Origin: Burkholderiales bacterium
GTDB lineage: Bacteria > Pseudomonadota > Gammaproteobacteria > Burkholderiales > Casimicrobiaceae
Length of the DNA stretch: 64,000 bases
Direction: 5' to 3'
Assembly (NCBI GenBank): GCA_025354165.1
Contig: JANXNI010000061.1
Location: 55,384 to 119,383, forward strand
Both the position numbers and the translations under genes were made by a program. The notes beneath the pieces were generated by a model. The model had not been told where the DNA came from, searched no databases, and saw nothing but the letters and a program-made list of their open reading frames with translations. Positions within the stretch are counted from its first letter, which is position 1, and every line of letters starts with the position of its first letter. Shown here piece by piece: positions 8,744 through 18,963 of this stretch.

Positions 8744-10759
8744 CTATTGCTTGCCCAGCTGCGTTTCCAGAAACTCAAGAATCTGGCTGTACAGTTCGAC
8801 GCGATTTTCCAGCTTGCCAAAACCGTGGCCTTCCTGCGCCTTTACGACATAAGCTTTCGCTGGATTACCGGCATTTTTTAGCGCCCTGTCCATCGCGTTG
8901 ATCTGATCAATCGGCACCCGAATATCGTCGCGACCTGCGTAGAGAAAAACCGCGCCCTTGATTCTGCTGGCATTGTTAACCGGTGACAGATCTTTCACCA
9001 ACTGCGATCTCAGATCGGTCGTACCGATAATCCCTTTCCACAGATCCACTGCGGCGGGGTCGCTGACGTAGTCGGTGTCGAGCGAGGTATTTTGATAGAC
9101 CAGATCAGTCGGGGCATGACCTGCGATTGCGCACTTGAACATGTCCGGTGTTTTGACCATCGCCTGCAGCGCGGCGTACCCTCCATAGCTTGCTCCAGAA
9201 ATACAGACACGCTTCGGATCGGTGTAGCCCTGATCCACCGCCCACTTCAGCGCGTCCTCGTGATCCTCCGACATCTTGCGCCCGATAGCGCCGAAACCTG
9301 CCGTAAAGATTTTGTTACCCATGCCCGGCGTGATGCGGAAATTGGGCACGACGACCGCGTAGCCGCGTGACGCAAATAGCTGCGCCTCGATATAGCCGAA
9401 GCCCTGACCGAACTCGTCCGCGCGGACAGTGGGTCCACCGTGAATGTGCACGATGGTGGGCAGTCTGGTGCCGTCTTTGTAGCCCTTTGGCAGAAACAGA
9501 TAGGCAGGAATTTCCAGCCCGTCACGTGTCCTGAAGAAAAACGGACGCTGCTCAACGAGTTTGCCCTCGAGCCATGGACGCGATGAGCCTATCTCTTCCA
9601 GCGTGCGTTTGGTATCGTCGAAAAGGTACCAGCGCATCGGGCTTATATCCGAATACGACGTCACCAGCAGCCGCTTGCCGTCGGGCGTTCGCGAGAATGT
9701 ATTAATCATCCCCGGCAGCGCGCCATCCAGCGTGCGCTGTACCTTCGCGCGGGCCTCGTCAAGCCAGAACGTCGCAGGCTTTTCGGCGGCGACGCGGTAA
9801 CCGACAATGGCGTCGTCGGTCGAACTGACTAGCACCCCGGCGACACGATCACCCTGCGAATCCGCGCCCATGTCGTAGCGGGCGTGTTGCGCAACGATTG
9901 CACCCAATTTCTTCTGGTTCGGGTCGTAGCGATAAACCGCCATCGTGTCGCGTCCCTGATTGGTCGCGACCTGCAACATCTGATCGTCCGCTTCAAACAC
10001 CAGCGGCACAAACGCAGAGCCCTTGTCGAGCGAGTATCTGGCGATCTCCCCCCACGGTGCGTCCGCCGATTTGCGATAGTAAATAACGCGTGTCAATTCG
10101 TCTTTGACGCCGCTAACCACTACGCGTGGCACCAATTTGCTGTCGACCAACCACTCCAGCGTCAGCGAAGAAGGACGCCCGGCAGTGAGAATTGTCGTGC
10201 GCCCCGTGTTGAGATTCAACTGGTAGAGATCGACCGAATCCTCGCTCGTCAAATTGCCCTGAGCGATGACCTCATTTGTGTTGCCTGGAATCGTACGAAA
10301 CAGCGAGAGCCCGCGATAGACGTACTGATTTTTTGCCCGGGTTTCACGCACGGTGGCTGCCAGTCGACGTGCGTTCTGACCGTCTCGCCCCACCACGAAC
10401 AATCCACCGCCATCAAACTGACCCGCACCGGTCGGCGAGTTGGCCTGCCCCAGCGAAAAGAGCAGCCGCTCGTCGCCCACCCACGAAACGTTGATCACGT
10501 CGAAGTCGTCGAAGCTGGTGAGCAGGGTGCCCTTTCGGGTGTCCATGTCGAGCACCAGCAAGTTCATGCGCCCCTTCGATGGCGCGGTCGCAGCCAGATA
10601 TTTTCCGCTGCGCGACAGCGTCGGGTTAGCCAGTTGGGGGTTCTTCCAGATGTCCTCGATGGTGAGCGGTTTGGCCGGTGCCATTTGTGGCTTGGGAGAG
10701 GTTTGCGCATGGGCAATCGTCGCAAACGTCAATAGAGATGCAAAAAGGAATCGCCACAT
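8744..10759 (-). CDS. S9-family (prolyl oligopeptidase-like) secreted peptidase
   Basis: IHGGP, GASYGG nucleophile, EGHGF; signal peptide from ATG 10759 with GGAGG upstream. Confidence 0.92.
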   Translation of the reverse strand: MWRFLFASLLTFATIAHAQTSPKPQMAPAKPLTIEDIWKNPQLANPTLSRSGKYLAATAPSKGRMNLLVLDMDTRKGTLLTSFDDFDVINVSWVGDERLLFSLGQANSPTGAGQFDGGGLFVVGRDGQNARRLAATVRETRAKNQYVYRGLSLFRTIPGNTNEVIAQGNLTSEDSVDLYQLNLNTGRTTILTAGRPSSLTLEWLVDSKLVPRVVVSGVKDELTRVIYYRKSADAPWGEIARYSLDKGSAFVPLVFEADDQMLQVATNQGRDTMAVYRYDPNQKKLGAIVAQHARYDMGADSQGDRVAGVLVSSTDDAIVGYRVAAEKPATFWLDEARAKVQRTLDGALPGMINTFSRTPDGKRLLVTSYSDISPMRWYLFDDTKRTLEEIGSSRPWLEGKLVEQRPFFFRTRDGLEIPAYLFLPKGYKDGTRLPTIVHIHGGPTVRADEFGQGFGYIEAQLFASRGYAVVVPNFRITPGMGNKIFTAGFGAIGRKMSEDHEDALKWAVDQGYTDPKRVCISGASYGGYAALQAMVKTPDMFKCAIAGHAPTDLVYQNTSLDTDYVSDPAAVDLWKGIIGTTDLRSQLVKDLSPVNNASRIKGAVFLYAGRDDIRVPIDQINAMDRALKNAGNPAKAYVVKAQEGHGFGKLENRVELYSQILEFLETQLGKQ

Positions 10760-10948
10760 AAAACCTCCGAAATGGACTGGATTTAGACGTAAAGTTAGTG
10801 GATTGAACGGCCAACCGAACCACTGGGCGGAAACACCACCGGGTTGCGGGTAGATTAGCAAAACTCGGCAATCCGCGCTAACAATCGAAAAACAACTTAA
10901 TATCGAACCAGTAATCAAATTTTACGAACATAAGCAGGTCGCAAAAAT

Positions 10949-11902
10949 ATGGCCGCACTGCCTTCATTGCAGCAGCTCCGCTACCTCATCGCCCTTCAGG
11001 AGGAGGGGCATTTCGGTCGCGCCGCCGAAAAATGTTTCATTACGCAAAGTACGCTCTCGGCCAGTCTGCGCGATTTGGAGAGTACGCTGGACGTCACACT
11101 CGTGGAGCGTGACCGGCGGCATGTGGCCTTCACCGCCATTGGCGACGCGGTGGTGGCACGGGCGCGTGATCTGGTGGCGCAAGCCAGCGATCTGGTCGAG
11201 TTGTGCGCCTCGTCGCGGCATCCGCTGACAGGCACGTTCCGGCTCGGCGTCATTCCGACCATCGCGCCGTTTGCGCTGCCGTCATCGCTCGCGACGTTGC
11301 GCACGCAATATCCCAAGCTGAAACTGCTACTGCGCGAAGACTTGACCGCGATTTGTCTGGACAGGCTGCTCGCCAGCTCGCTCGATGCGGCGCTGATCGC
11401 GCTGCCGTATGACCTGCCGGCGGGTATCGAAACACTTTCGTTGTTCGATGACGAATTTTTGTTCGTCACTGCGGATCCAAAGCTCGGCGCTGCGCAATCG
11501 CCAATGCCGATTGAAAAAATCGATCCTGATCAGTTGCTCTTGCTGGAGGACGGCCACTGCCTGCGCGAGCACGCGATTGCCGCCTGTTCCCTCCAGAGCG
11601 CGAAGACCAATCGATCGCTTGCCGCCACCAGCCTGATCACGCTCACGCATATGGTGCAGAGCGGTCTGGGGCACACGTTGTTACCCGAGCTGGCCATTGC
11701 CGGTGGCGTGCTGTCCGGGTCAAGCCTCTACGCCCGCCGATTTACGCCGCGCGGGCCGTCGCGCACCATTGCTCTAGCTTTCCGTAAAACCTCCGCGCGT
11801 CGCGAAGAGATCGCCGAACTTGGGAAAATTTTCGCGCAAAGCAAAGGCTTTACGGGAGCGGCGAGGGCGAAGACCGCGAGGCAGGCAAGAACCCGCAAAT
11901 AG
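10949..11902 (+). CDS. oxyR: OxyR-type LysR regulator
   Basis: LysR HTH, GVIPTIAP, and LLLLEDGHCLREHAIAAC carrying both redox cysteines. Confidence 0.82.
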   Translation: MAALPSLQQLRYLIALQEEGHFGRAAEKCFITQSTLSASLRDLESTLDVTLVERDRRHVAFTAIGDAVVARARDLVAQASDLVELCASSRHPLTGTFRLGVIPTIAPFALPSSLATLRTQYPKLKLLLREDLTAICLDRLLASSLDAALIALPYDLPAGIETLSLFDDEFLFVTADPKLGAAQSPMPIEKIDPDQLLLLEDGHCLREHAIAACSLQSAKTNRSLAATSLITLTHMVQSGLGHTLLPELAIAGGVLSGSSLYARRFTPRGPSRTIALAFRKTSARREEIAELGKIFAQSKGFTGAARAKTARQARTRK

Positions 11903-11998
11903 TGTTTTCCGTCGGAACCTGTACGACACTGCAGAATGCCGCGCTAGGCGGTCGCTGGGCCGTGTCAACTCCATCAAATCATCAGGATCACGAATTTT

Positions 11999-14254
11999 GT
12001 GAAATCTCGCCATGGTAGTAGTTCTGTGTCGCCGCTGCTTGCCGCTGCTATCCATATCATCTGCGCGAACACCATTGCGTTCGCACACATCGCTCACGCA
12101 CAGACTCCAACGCCAACGCCAACTCCCGCAGCCACGCCGATAACGGGCGCCACGTCCGACGACAAAGAGGAAACGAAAGCGAAGACACCTCAAGTCATCG
12201 ACAAGGTTGAGATCAAGGGATCGCAATCGGACTATGACGAGCGCCGTGAGGACACCGCGACCAAGATCGTGGTGACCTCGGAAGAAATCCGCAAATTCGG
12301 CGACACGCAAATTCTCGACGTGATGAAACGATTGCCTGGCGTGACGGTGCAGAACAACGCCATTCGTCTGCGCGGCCTCGGCAGTGGTTATACGCAAATT
12401 CTCATTGACGGTGAGCGACCACCACCGGGTTTCTCGATTGACAACTTGTCGCCCGATCTAGTGGAGCGCATCGAAATCATTCGCGCCGCAACGGCGGAAT
12501 ACAGCACGCAAGCGGTGGCCGGCACGGTCAACATCGTGATGAGGAAAAAATTCAGCGTGTCAAAGCGCGACGTCAACGCCGGGTGGTACAGCGGAACGGG
12601 CTACACGTCGCAGCGTGTCGGATTCAGTATCGCGGACAAGGTCGATCAACTGGCATTTTCAGTGGGTGGATATGGTGGACGCGGCACGTTTGACTATGCC
12701 TCGATCGGCAGCACGATTGGCCTGGACCCGAACGGCCAGCGCGTGATGCAGCGGACTTCAAGTGTCGCTAGCTTCGGGGACAACCGGTATGCGGGGCTCT
12801 ACTCAACCCTCGCCTGGACCCTGGCGGGCGGTGACTCGTTCACCATGAACCCGTCGCTCAATTTCAGCCAATACAACTCGCAATTTCACTCACGCACTGA
12901 TTATCTGCTGGGCGACAGCACGATCTATCCGATTTCCGATGGCCGCAATCGCGGCAGTAACTGGAATGTCGGCAACAGCGCCAACTGGATTCTCAAGGGG
13001 CAGAGCGGCGCAAAATTGGACTTGAAGATAAGCGCAAGTGTCGGCGCACGCAACAGCGATTCCTTCAGTCATTCGTTTGACTATGACAACACGCCCACCC
13101 TTGCGCGCAGTACGCTCGGGCCGACGCGGGATAGTCGCGCCGCAATCGTCGGAAAATATGCCACCCCCATCGTCGAAGGGCATTCGTTACTCGCGGGGTG
13201 GGATATTGGATTCAATCGCAGCAACTCATCGCTTCGGGTGATCGAAACCAACGTCGCGGCCGATCCCATCGATACCCTCGAAGACTATGTAGCCAGCGTA
13301 CGAAAGTTCGCCTTGTTTGCTCAGGATGAATGGAGCGTCACGCCGAACTGGTCGGTGTATTTGGGTTTGCGCTGGGAGGGCATTGACACCACGAGTGATG
13401 GCACGGGCGTGGCCACTACGACCAATCGCTCAAGTGTTGTCAGTCCGCTGTTTCAGACCTTGTGGAAGTTCCCCGACAAATCCGGACGACAGTTTCGGCT
13501 GGCGCTGACGCGCACCTACAAAGCCCCCGAAACCTACAACCTGGTGCCGCGCATTTATCGAACGACGGTGAACACGTCAACTACGCCGGATTACCAGACC
13601 GGAAACAGTAGCCTGAAGCCTGAGCTCGCCACCGGCGTTGACATCGCGTACGAGCACTTCTTCGCAAAAGGTGCATCGATGAGCTTGAGCGGCAGTGTGC
13701 GGGCATTGACTGAGTACAACACGCGCGGCACCTTTTTGATCAATGATCGTTGGGTGAACAAGCCCATCAACAACGGCAACGCGACCTCACGCAGCATTGA
13801 GTTTGACGCCAAGTTTCCGCTGCAATCCATCTACGGCGGCGCTCCGCCGATTGACTTCCGCTTCAACATTGCGCGCAATTTTTCGCGCGTCGAAGAAGTA
13901 CCAGGCCCGAACAACCGTCTCGACCAGCAGGCTCCGCTGAGCGGCACCTTCGGTCTTGACTACCGCATGCGTGGCGGCATCGTGGTGGCCGGGGCGAGCT
14001 ACAGTTTTAAAGGCGGCGGTGACGTGCGGCTCGCGGTCAACCAGATCAACTATTCGGCAACGACGCGTGAGCTGGAAATGTATGTGCTCTACAAATACAC
14101 GCCGAAGCTGCAATTTCAACTCCGTCTGACCAACGTACTGCGCCGGGATCTGGTCACCGCGTCCACCTACTTCGATGACACCGGCAGCACCCGATCAAGC
14201 AGTATCCGCCCGACGCAAATGAATATCGGGGCCAACATGAAGCTGGAGTTTTAG
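11999..14254 (+). CDS. TonB-dependent outer-membrane receptor
   Basis: Signal peptide, plug motifs (LPGV, ILIDG, IEII), beta-barrel pattern, C-terminal Phe; Thr-Pro linker near the N-terminus. Confidence 0.93.
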   Translation: MKSRHGSSSVSPLLAAAIHIICANTIAFAHIAHAQTPTPTPTPAATPITGATSDDKEETKAKTPQVIDKVEIKGSQSDYDERREDTATKIVVTSEEIRKFGDTQILDVMKRLPGVTVQNNAIRLRGLGSGYTQILIDGERPPPGFSIDNLSPDLVERIEIIRAATAEYSTQAVAGTVNIVMRKKFSVSKRDVNAGWYSGTGYTSQRVGFSIADKVDQLAFSVGGYGGRGTFDYASIGSTIGLDPNGQRVMQRTSSVASFGDNRYAGLYSTLAWTLAGGDSFTMNPSLNFSQYNSQFHSRTDYLLGDSTIYPISDGRNRGSNWNVGNSANWILKGQSGAKLDLKISASVGARNSDSFSHSFDYDNTPTLARSTLGPTRDSRAAIVGKYATPIVEGHSLLAGWDIGFNRSNSSLRVIETNVAADPIDTLEDYVASVRKFALFAQDEWSVTPNWSVYLGLRWEGIDTTSDGTGVATTTNRSSVVSPLFQTLWKFPDKSGRQFRLALTRTYKAPETYNLVPRIYRTTVNTSTTPDYQTGNSSLKPELATGVDIAYEHFFAKGASMSLSGSVRALTEYNTRGTFLINDRWVNKPINNGNATSRSIEFDAKFPLQSIYGGAPPIDFRFNIARNFSRVEEVPGPNNRLDQQAPLSGTFGLDYRMRGGIVVAGASYSFKGGGDVRLAVNQINYSATTRELEMYVLYKYTPKLQFQLRLTNVLRRDLVTASTYFDDTGSTRSSSIRPTQMNIGANMKLEF

Positions 14255-14346
14255 CGACATTACGAAGGCGTGCGGAACGCATGATCTGAAAAATCGGTCC
14301 GCCCATTGGCTTAAACGGAACGCAGGTTAAAGGTAGAAGAGCGATA

Positions 14347-14462
14347 CAGCTTTTTGCTGCACATCATACTTTACCGGGGATAGGCGTCGTTTTTACTATT
14401 TATCGATAATTGTATTGTTTAAACGGCAGCCCTTATGCAGTGGGTATTGCAGCGATAAGCTG
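14347..14462. repeat. 116-bp symmetric intergenic element, copy 2 (TBDR-ppc)
   Basis: CAGCTTTTT 14347, GGGGAT 14376, TTATCGATAA with TCGA at 14403, AGCCCT 14428-14433, GATAAGCTG 14454-14462; same offsets as copy 1. Confidence 0.88.
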
Positions 14463-14538
14463 ATTCGCTTTTCACGCCAATAAATTTGCGCGGAAACGCG
14501 TAGCGTGCGGTAGTTCCGCAGTGCAGCATAATGCTTCG

Positions 14539-17271
14539 ATGGATGATAAAAATTCCCCCACCGAAGACAAAGACGCGCCGCTCAAATCGGACACGCGTCT
14601 GCTGGGCCGATTGCTGGGTGACGTCATTCGTGCGCAGCGCGGCGACGCCACGTTCGAGAAGGTGGAATCGATTCGTCAGGAGTCCGTGCGTTTCCATCGC
14701 GAGGGCGCCTCGCATCGCCTGCTCGACGCCACACTCACTGACTTAAGCGTTGAGGAAGCGCTTGATGTGGTGCGTGCCTTCACCTACTTTTCACACCTCG
14801 CGAATATCGCGGAAGATGTGCAGCAAAATCGCCGTCGTCGCCATCATAAAAAGCGTGGCTCCGCGCCGCAGCCGGGTTCGCTTGCCGCAGCGTTCGGTCA
14901 TCTGAAAGCCGCCAATATCAGCGGCAATGAGATCTGGCATTGTCTCGCCCGCGCGACTATCAGCCCCACGCTCACCGCGCATCCAACCGAGATCAAACGG
15001 CAGAGCACGCTCGACGCTGAGCGTGCGATTGCCAGGGCCTTGTCGCTCGACGAGGATGATCGCGAAGTTCATCTGCATCGAATGATTTTGCAGCTCTGGC
15101 AGACGGCGATGTTGCGTCTGACCAAGCTGCGCGTGCGCGACGAAATCGACAATGCGCTGAACTATTTCCGCGCGAGTTTTTTGTCGGAAGTGCCGCGTCT
15201 CACCGGCAACACTTTAGCCGCACTCGAGGCGCACGACGGAACGTTGGCGCAGCTTCCCGCGTTCCTGAAAATCGGCATGTGGATTGGCGGGGATCGCGAC
15301 GGCAACCCGTTCGTCAACGCCGACACACTCGACTACGTGATCGACACTCAGTCCGAGTTGGCGCTTTCGCATTACCTCGCCGAAGTGCACACGTTGGGCG
15401 CAGAGCTTGCGATGTCGAGCCGACTGGTCGAAGTTTCGCCCGCATTGAACGATCTCGCCGAGCGTGCAGGCGATGGGTCGCGCTTTCGTATCGATGAGCC
15501 GTATCGTCGCGCACTTTCGGGCATTTACAGCCGACTCGCTGCCACTTATCGTAGCGTGACGGGCGAAACGACGGCCCGCAAGCCGCACAACCCGGACGCG
15601 TCGCCGTACGTCACACCTGATGAGCTGTCCGACGATCTGGAGGTCATCGCCGAATCGCTTGCGCAACATGGTTCTGGCGTGATCGCCGATGCGCGCGTGA
15701 TGCCGCTCAAGCGCGCGGTGCAAACGTTTGGCTTTCACCTCGCGCCGGTCGATTTGCGGCAGAACTCGGCTGTGCATGAATCGGTCATCACCGAACTGCT
15801 CGCGGGTTGTGGACTGTGTGCCGACTACGCAGCGCTGAACGAAGGCGAAAAAGTCGCGCTGCTCAGCCGCGAGCTGGAAAGCGCAAGGCTTCTTGCGTCC
15901 CCGTACATGAAGCTTTCAGAGACCGCGCTGTCCGAACTCGCGATCTTTCGCAAAGCAGCTGAAGTGCATTCGCGGTTCGGTGCGGCAGCGCTGCCGCGCA
16001 TGATTATTTCGATGGGTGAATCGTTGTCAGATTTGCTCGAAGTGGCGACGCTGTGCAAAGAGGTCGGCCTCGCACGCGGCGGCGAAGTGCCGCATTTGGC
16101 GGTTGCCATCGTGCCGCTGTTCGAGACGATTGAGGATTTACAGAACGCACCTACTGTGATGTCCGCAGCCTTTGCCCATCCGCTCTATCGCCGCTGGATC
16201 AAGGCACAGAACGACGCGCAGGAAATCATGCTCGGCTACAGCGATAGCAACAAAGATGGCGGCTATTTCACTGCCAATTGGTCGCTGTATCGCGCGCAGC
16301 AAGCGCTCGTTTCAAGTTTTGCCAAACACGGAATCCGCCTCTGCCTGTTCCACGGTCGTGGCGGCAGCATCGGGCGCGGTGGTGGCCCAAGCTATGAGGC
16401 CATTCGCGCGCAACCCGCCGGCGCGGTCAATGGCTTTTTGCGATTGACCGAACAGGGCGAAATCATCTCCAGTAAATACGGCGACCCTGAGCTCGCGCAA
16501 CGCAATCTGGAGACGTTGTTGGCGGCGGTGCTGGAGAGCACGCTGTTGCCCAATATCTCGGGCGACTCCGCGCAGCAAGTTCGCTTTGAGGCGATTGCAG
16601 ATCGCTTGAGCGAGCACGCCTTCACCGCGTATCGCGCGCTGGTTTACGGGGACGATGGTTTCGTCACGTATTTCCGCGAAAGCACACCAATCAAAGAAAT
16701 CGCGGAACTCAATATTGGCTCGCGCCCCGCATCGCGAAAGGCCAGCACTCGCATCGAAGATTTGCGGGCGATTCCGTGGGTGTTTAGCTGGGCGCAAGCG
16801 CGCGTATCGCTGCCCGGTTGGTATGGGTTTGGGAGCGCAATCGCCAAGTTGATTGAAGAAGCACCCGCAGTGATGGACGAGCTGCGCCAGATGGCGAAAG
16901 ACTGGCCGTTCTTCGCCACCGTCCTCTCAAACCTTGGAATGGTCCTGGCCAAGACGGACATGCAAATCGCCGCTGCCTACGGCTCGCTGGTGCTAGACCG
17001 TACGATTCGCGAACGCGTCGGCGGGCAGATTCATGCCGAATGGGAGCGCACAAAAAATGCGTACGAATCGATTGTGGGCGCGGCACCGCTGGCCGACAAC
17101 CCAACGCTTGCGCGCTCGATTCGTAACCGCTTTCCGTATCTCGATCCATTGAATCATTTACAAATCGAACTCATTCGCCGCGTGCGCTCAGGCGACGTGG
17201 AGGAGCGCACGCGGCGGGCATTGCACCTGACGATTAACGGGTTGGCGGCGGGACTTCGGAACACGGGGTAA
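14539..17271 (+). CDS. ppc: phosphoenolpyruvate carboxylase
   Basis: LTAHPTE, WIGGDRDGNP, MLGYSDSNKDGG, FHGRGGSIGRGGGP and LRAIPWVFSW motifs; alternative start GTG 14521. Confidence 0.97.
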   Translation: MDDKNSPTEDKDAPLKSDTRLLGRLLGDVIRAQRGDATFEKVESIRQESVRFHREGASHRLLDATLTDLSVEEALDVVRAFTYFSHLANIAEDVQQNRRRRHHKKRGSAPQPGSLAAAFGHLKAANISGNEIWHCLARATISPTLTAHPTEIKRQSTLDAERAIARALSLDEDDREVHLHRMILQLWQTAMLRLTKLRVRDEIDNALNYFRASFLSEVPRLTGNTLAALEAHDGTLAQLPAFLKIGMWIGGDRDGNPFVNADTLDYVIDTQSELALSHYLAEVHTLGAELAMSSRLVEVSPALNDLAERAGDGSRFRIDEPYRRALSGIYSRLAATYRSVTGETTARKPHNPDASPYVTPDELSDDLEVIAESLAQHGSGVIADARVMPLKRAVQTFGFHLAPVDLRQNSAVHESVITELLAGCGLCADYAALNEGEKVALLSRELESARLLASPYMKLSETALSELAIFRKAAEVHSRFGAAALPRMIISMGESLSDLLEVATLCKEVGLARGGEVPHLAVAIVPLFETIEDLQNAPTVMSAAFAHPLYRRWIKAQNDAQEIMLGYSDSNKDGGYFTANWSLYRAQQALVSSFAKHGIRLCLFHGRGGSIGRGGGPSYEAIRAQPAGAVNGFLRLTEQGEIISSKYGDPELAQRNLETLLAAVLESTLLPNISGDSAQQVRFEAIADRLSEHAFTAYRALVYGDDGFVTYFRESTPIKEIAELNIGSRPASRKASTRIEDLRAIPWVFSWAQARVSLPGWYGFGSAIAKLIEEAPAVMDELRQMAKDWPFFATVLSNLGMVLAKTDMQIAAAYGSLVLDRTIRERVGGQIHAEWERTKNAYESIVGAAPLADNPTLARSIRNRFPYLDPLNHLQIELIRRVRSGDVEERTRRALHLTINGLAAGLRNTG

Positions 17272-17349
17272 CGGTTTGCGACAGCGGTTGTTTGCAGCAC
17301 AGCCGCAAATGCCTGAAAATAGGGGCTTCAGCCCTAAAGCATTCCCGAT

Positions 17350-18345
17350 TTGACTACCACCACGCTCGATCTTTCTCTCGAGCCCATTGATAACGCAACG
17401 CTCGCCACGGTCTGTGGCGCGATGGATGACAACATTCGTCGGGTTGCCGCCGCGTTCTCGATCACCATTAATCGCCGGGTCGGCATGCTTCGTTTTGAAG
17501 GCGAAGCGGCGGCGGCGTCTGCCGCAAAAAAAGCGATTGAACGCTTTCGCTACATGGCAAAGCAGGGCAAGCGCGATTTGACGGAAGAGGACATCGAGCT
17601 CACGCTGGCCGAGCTTAAATTGCCAGTTGCACCGAATGGCGTTTCGACGTTCCAGCAGCTCGAAGCAGCAGCCGCTTCGATCCCGCTGAAAGTGAAGCGC
17701 ACCGATCTCGTGGCGCGCACACCAACGCAGCTGACTTATCTGCAAAACATTCGTGATCACGACATCACGTTTGGCATTGGCCCCGCCGGGACTGGAAAGA
17801 CCTTTCTCGCGGTTGCGTGCGCGGTGGATGCGTTTGAGCGCGATCTGATCAAACGCATCGTGCTGGTTCGACCGGCGGTTGAGGCAGGTGAGCGCCTGGG
17901 CTTTTTGCCTGGTGATCTGATTCAGAAGGTCGATCCGTATTTGCGTCCGCTCTACGACGCGCTGTTCGAACTGATGGGGCTCGAAAAAACGACCAAACTC
18001 ATGGAGCGCGGCACCATCGAAGTCGCGCCGCTCGCCTTTATGCGCGGGCGTACGCTCAACGGTGCGTTCATCATTCTGGACGAGGCACAAAACACCACGC
18101 CCGAGCAGATGAAGATGTTTTTGACGCGCATCGGTTACGGCACTAAAACCGTGGTGACCGGCGATCCGACGCAGAACGATTTGCACAAAAATCAGAAGAG
18201 TGGCCTGCATGATGCGCAGCATGTCTTGCATGGCGTGCCGGGTATCGCGTTCACGCGATTTACCAGCATTGACGTGGTGCGGCATCCGCTGGTGCAAAAA
18301 ATCGTAAACGCGTACGAGCGCCAGAGCACGCAGGACAATTCGTGA
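17350..18345 (+). CDS. phoH: PhoH-family ATPase
   Basis: GPAGTGKT, RPAVEAGERLGFLPGD, RGRTL and DEAQN motifs (ybeZ-type). Confidence 0.93.
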   Translation: MTTTTLDLSLEPIDNATLATVCGAMDDNIRRVAAAFSITINRRVGMLRFEGEAAAASAAKKAIERFRYMAKQGKRDLTEEDIELTLAELKLPVAPNGVSTFQQLEAAAASIPLKVKRTDLVARTPTQLTYLQNIRDHDITFGIGPAGTGKTFLAVACAVDAFERDLIKRIVLVRPAVEAGERLGFLPGDLIQKVDPYLRPLYDALFELMGLEKTTKLMERGTIEVAPLAFMRGRTLNGAFIILDEAQNTTPEQMKMFLTRIGYGTKTVVTGDPTQNDLHKNQKSGLHDAQHVLHGVPGIAFTRFTSIDVVRHPLVQKIVNAYERQSTQDNS

Positions 18346-18806
18346 CGCTGTCGGTGTCCGTGCAATTTGCTTCGGTGGCGAAACATTTGCCACAGCGCGC
18401 TCAAGTGCGCCGCTGGGCGCTCGCGGCGCATCGTGAGGCTGATACAGACGGTGAAGTCACTATTCGCTACGTCGACGAGAAAGAAGGGCGCACACTACAT
18501 CGGGATTTTCGCGGCAAGGATTACGCGACCAATGTGTTGACGTTTGTGCACGAACCGTCGCCGTTTCAGCCGAAAGCGGCGCGAAATTACGCTGCCGATA
18601 TCGTCATCTGCGCACCTGTCATCGCCCGTGAAGCGCGCGAGCAGAAGAAGCCGCTCGCGGCACATCACGGTCATATGGTTTTGCACGGCATGCTGCACGC
18701 GCAAGGCTTTGATCATGAAGTCGAAGCAGAAGCCAACGCGATGGAGGCTATTGAGATTGCACTGTTACGCCGATTTCGTATAAAAAACCCCTATGAAATT
18801 GAATGA
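18342..18806 (+). CDS. ybeY: rRNA maturation endoribonuclease YbeY
   Basis: FRGKDYATNVLTF and HGMLHAQGFDH metal motif. Confidence 0.95.
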   Translation: MTLSVSVQFASVAKHLPQRAQVRRWALAAHREADTDGEVTIRYVDEKEGRTLHRDFRGKDYATNVLTFVHEPSPFQPKAARNYAADIVICAPVIAREAREQKKPLAAHHGHMVLHGMLHAQGFDHEVEAEANAMEAIEIALLRRFRIKNPYEIE

Positions 18807-18817
18807 AGTGTGGTCAT

Positions 18818-18933
18818 CAGCTTTTCGCTCCAAACGCCTCTACATAGGGGCTATCTGTGATTAACGCAGAAAGTCGGCTTATTACGAATTCGCCTGGTAT
18901 CCCAAATAGGCGCGTCGTTTTGCGAAAAAGCTA
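18818..18933. repeat. 116-bp symmetric intergenic element, copy 3 (ybeY-corC)
   Basis: CAGCTTTTC 18818, GGGGCT 18847, AAGTCGGCTT centre (18874), ATCCCA 18899-18904, AAAAAGCTA 18925-18933. Confidence 0.88.
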
Positions 18934-18963
18934 TATGCCTTTGATAATCCTGATTCGCGGCGT

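Noticed and set aside
11866-11890. REP-like sequence (GGAGCGGCGA...ACCGCGAG) in the oxyR 3' coding tail
   Set aside because: Lacks GTAG and has a 5-6 nt insertion; such GC-rich similarity can arise by chance.
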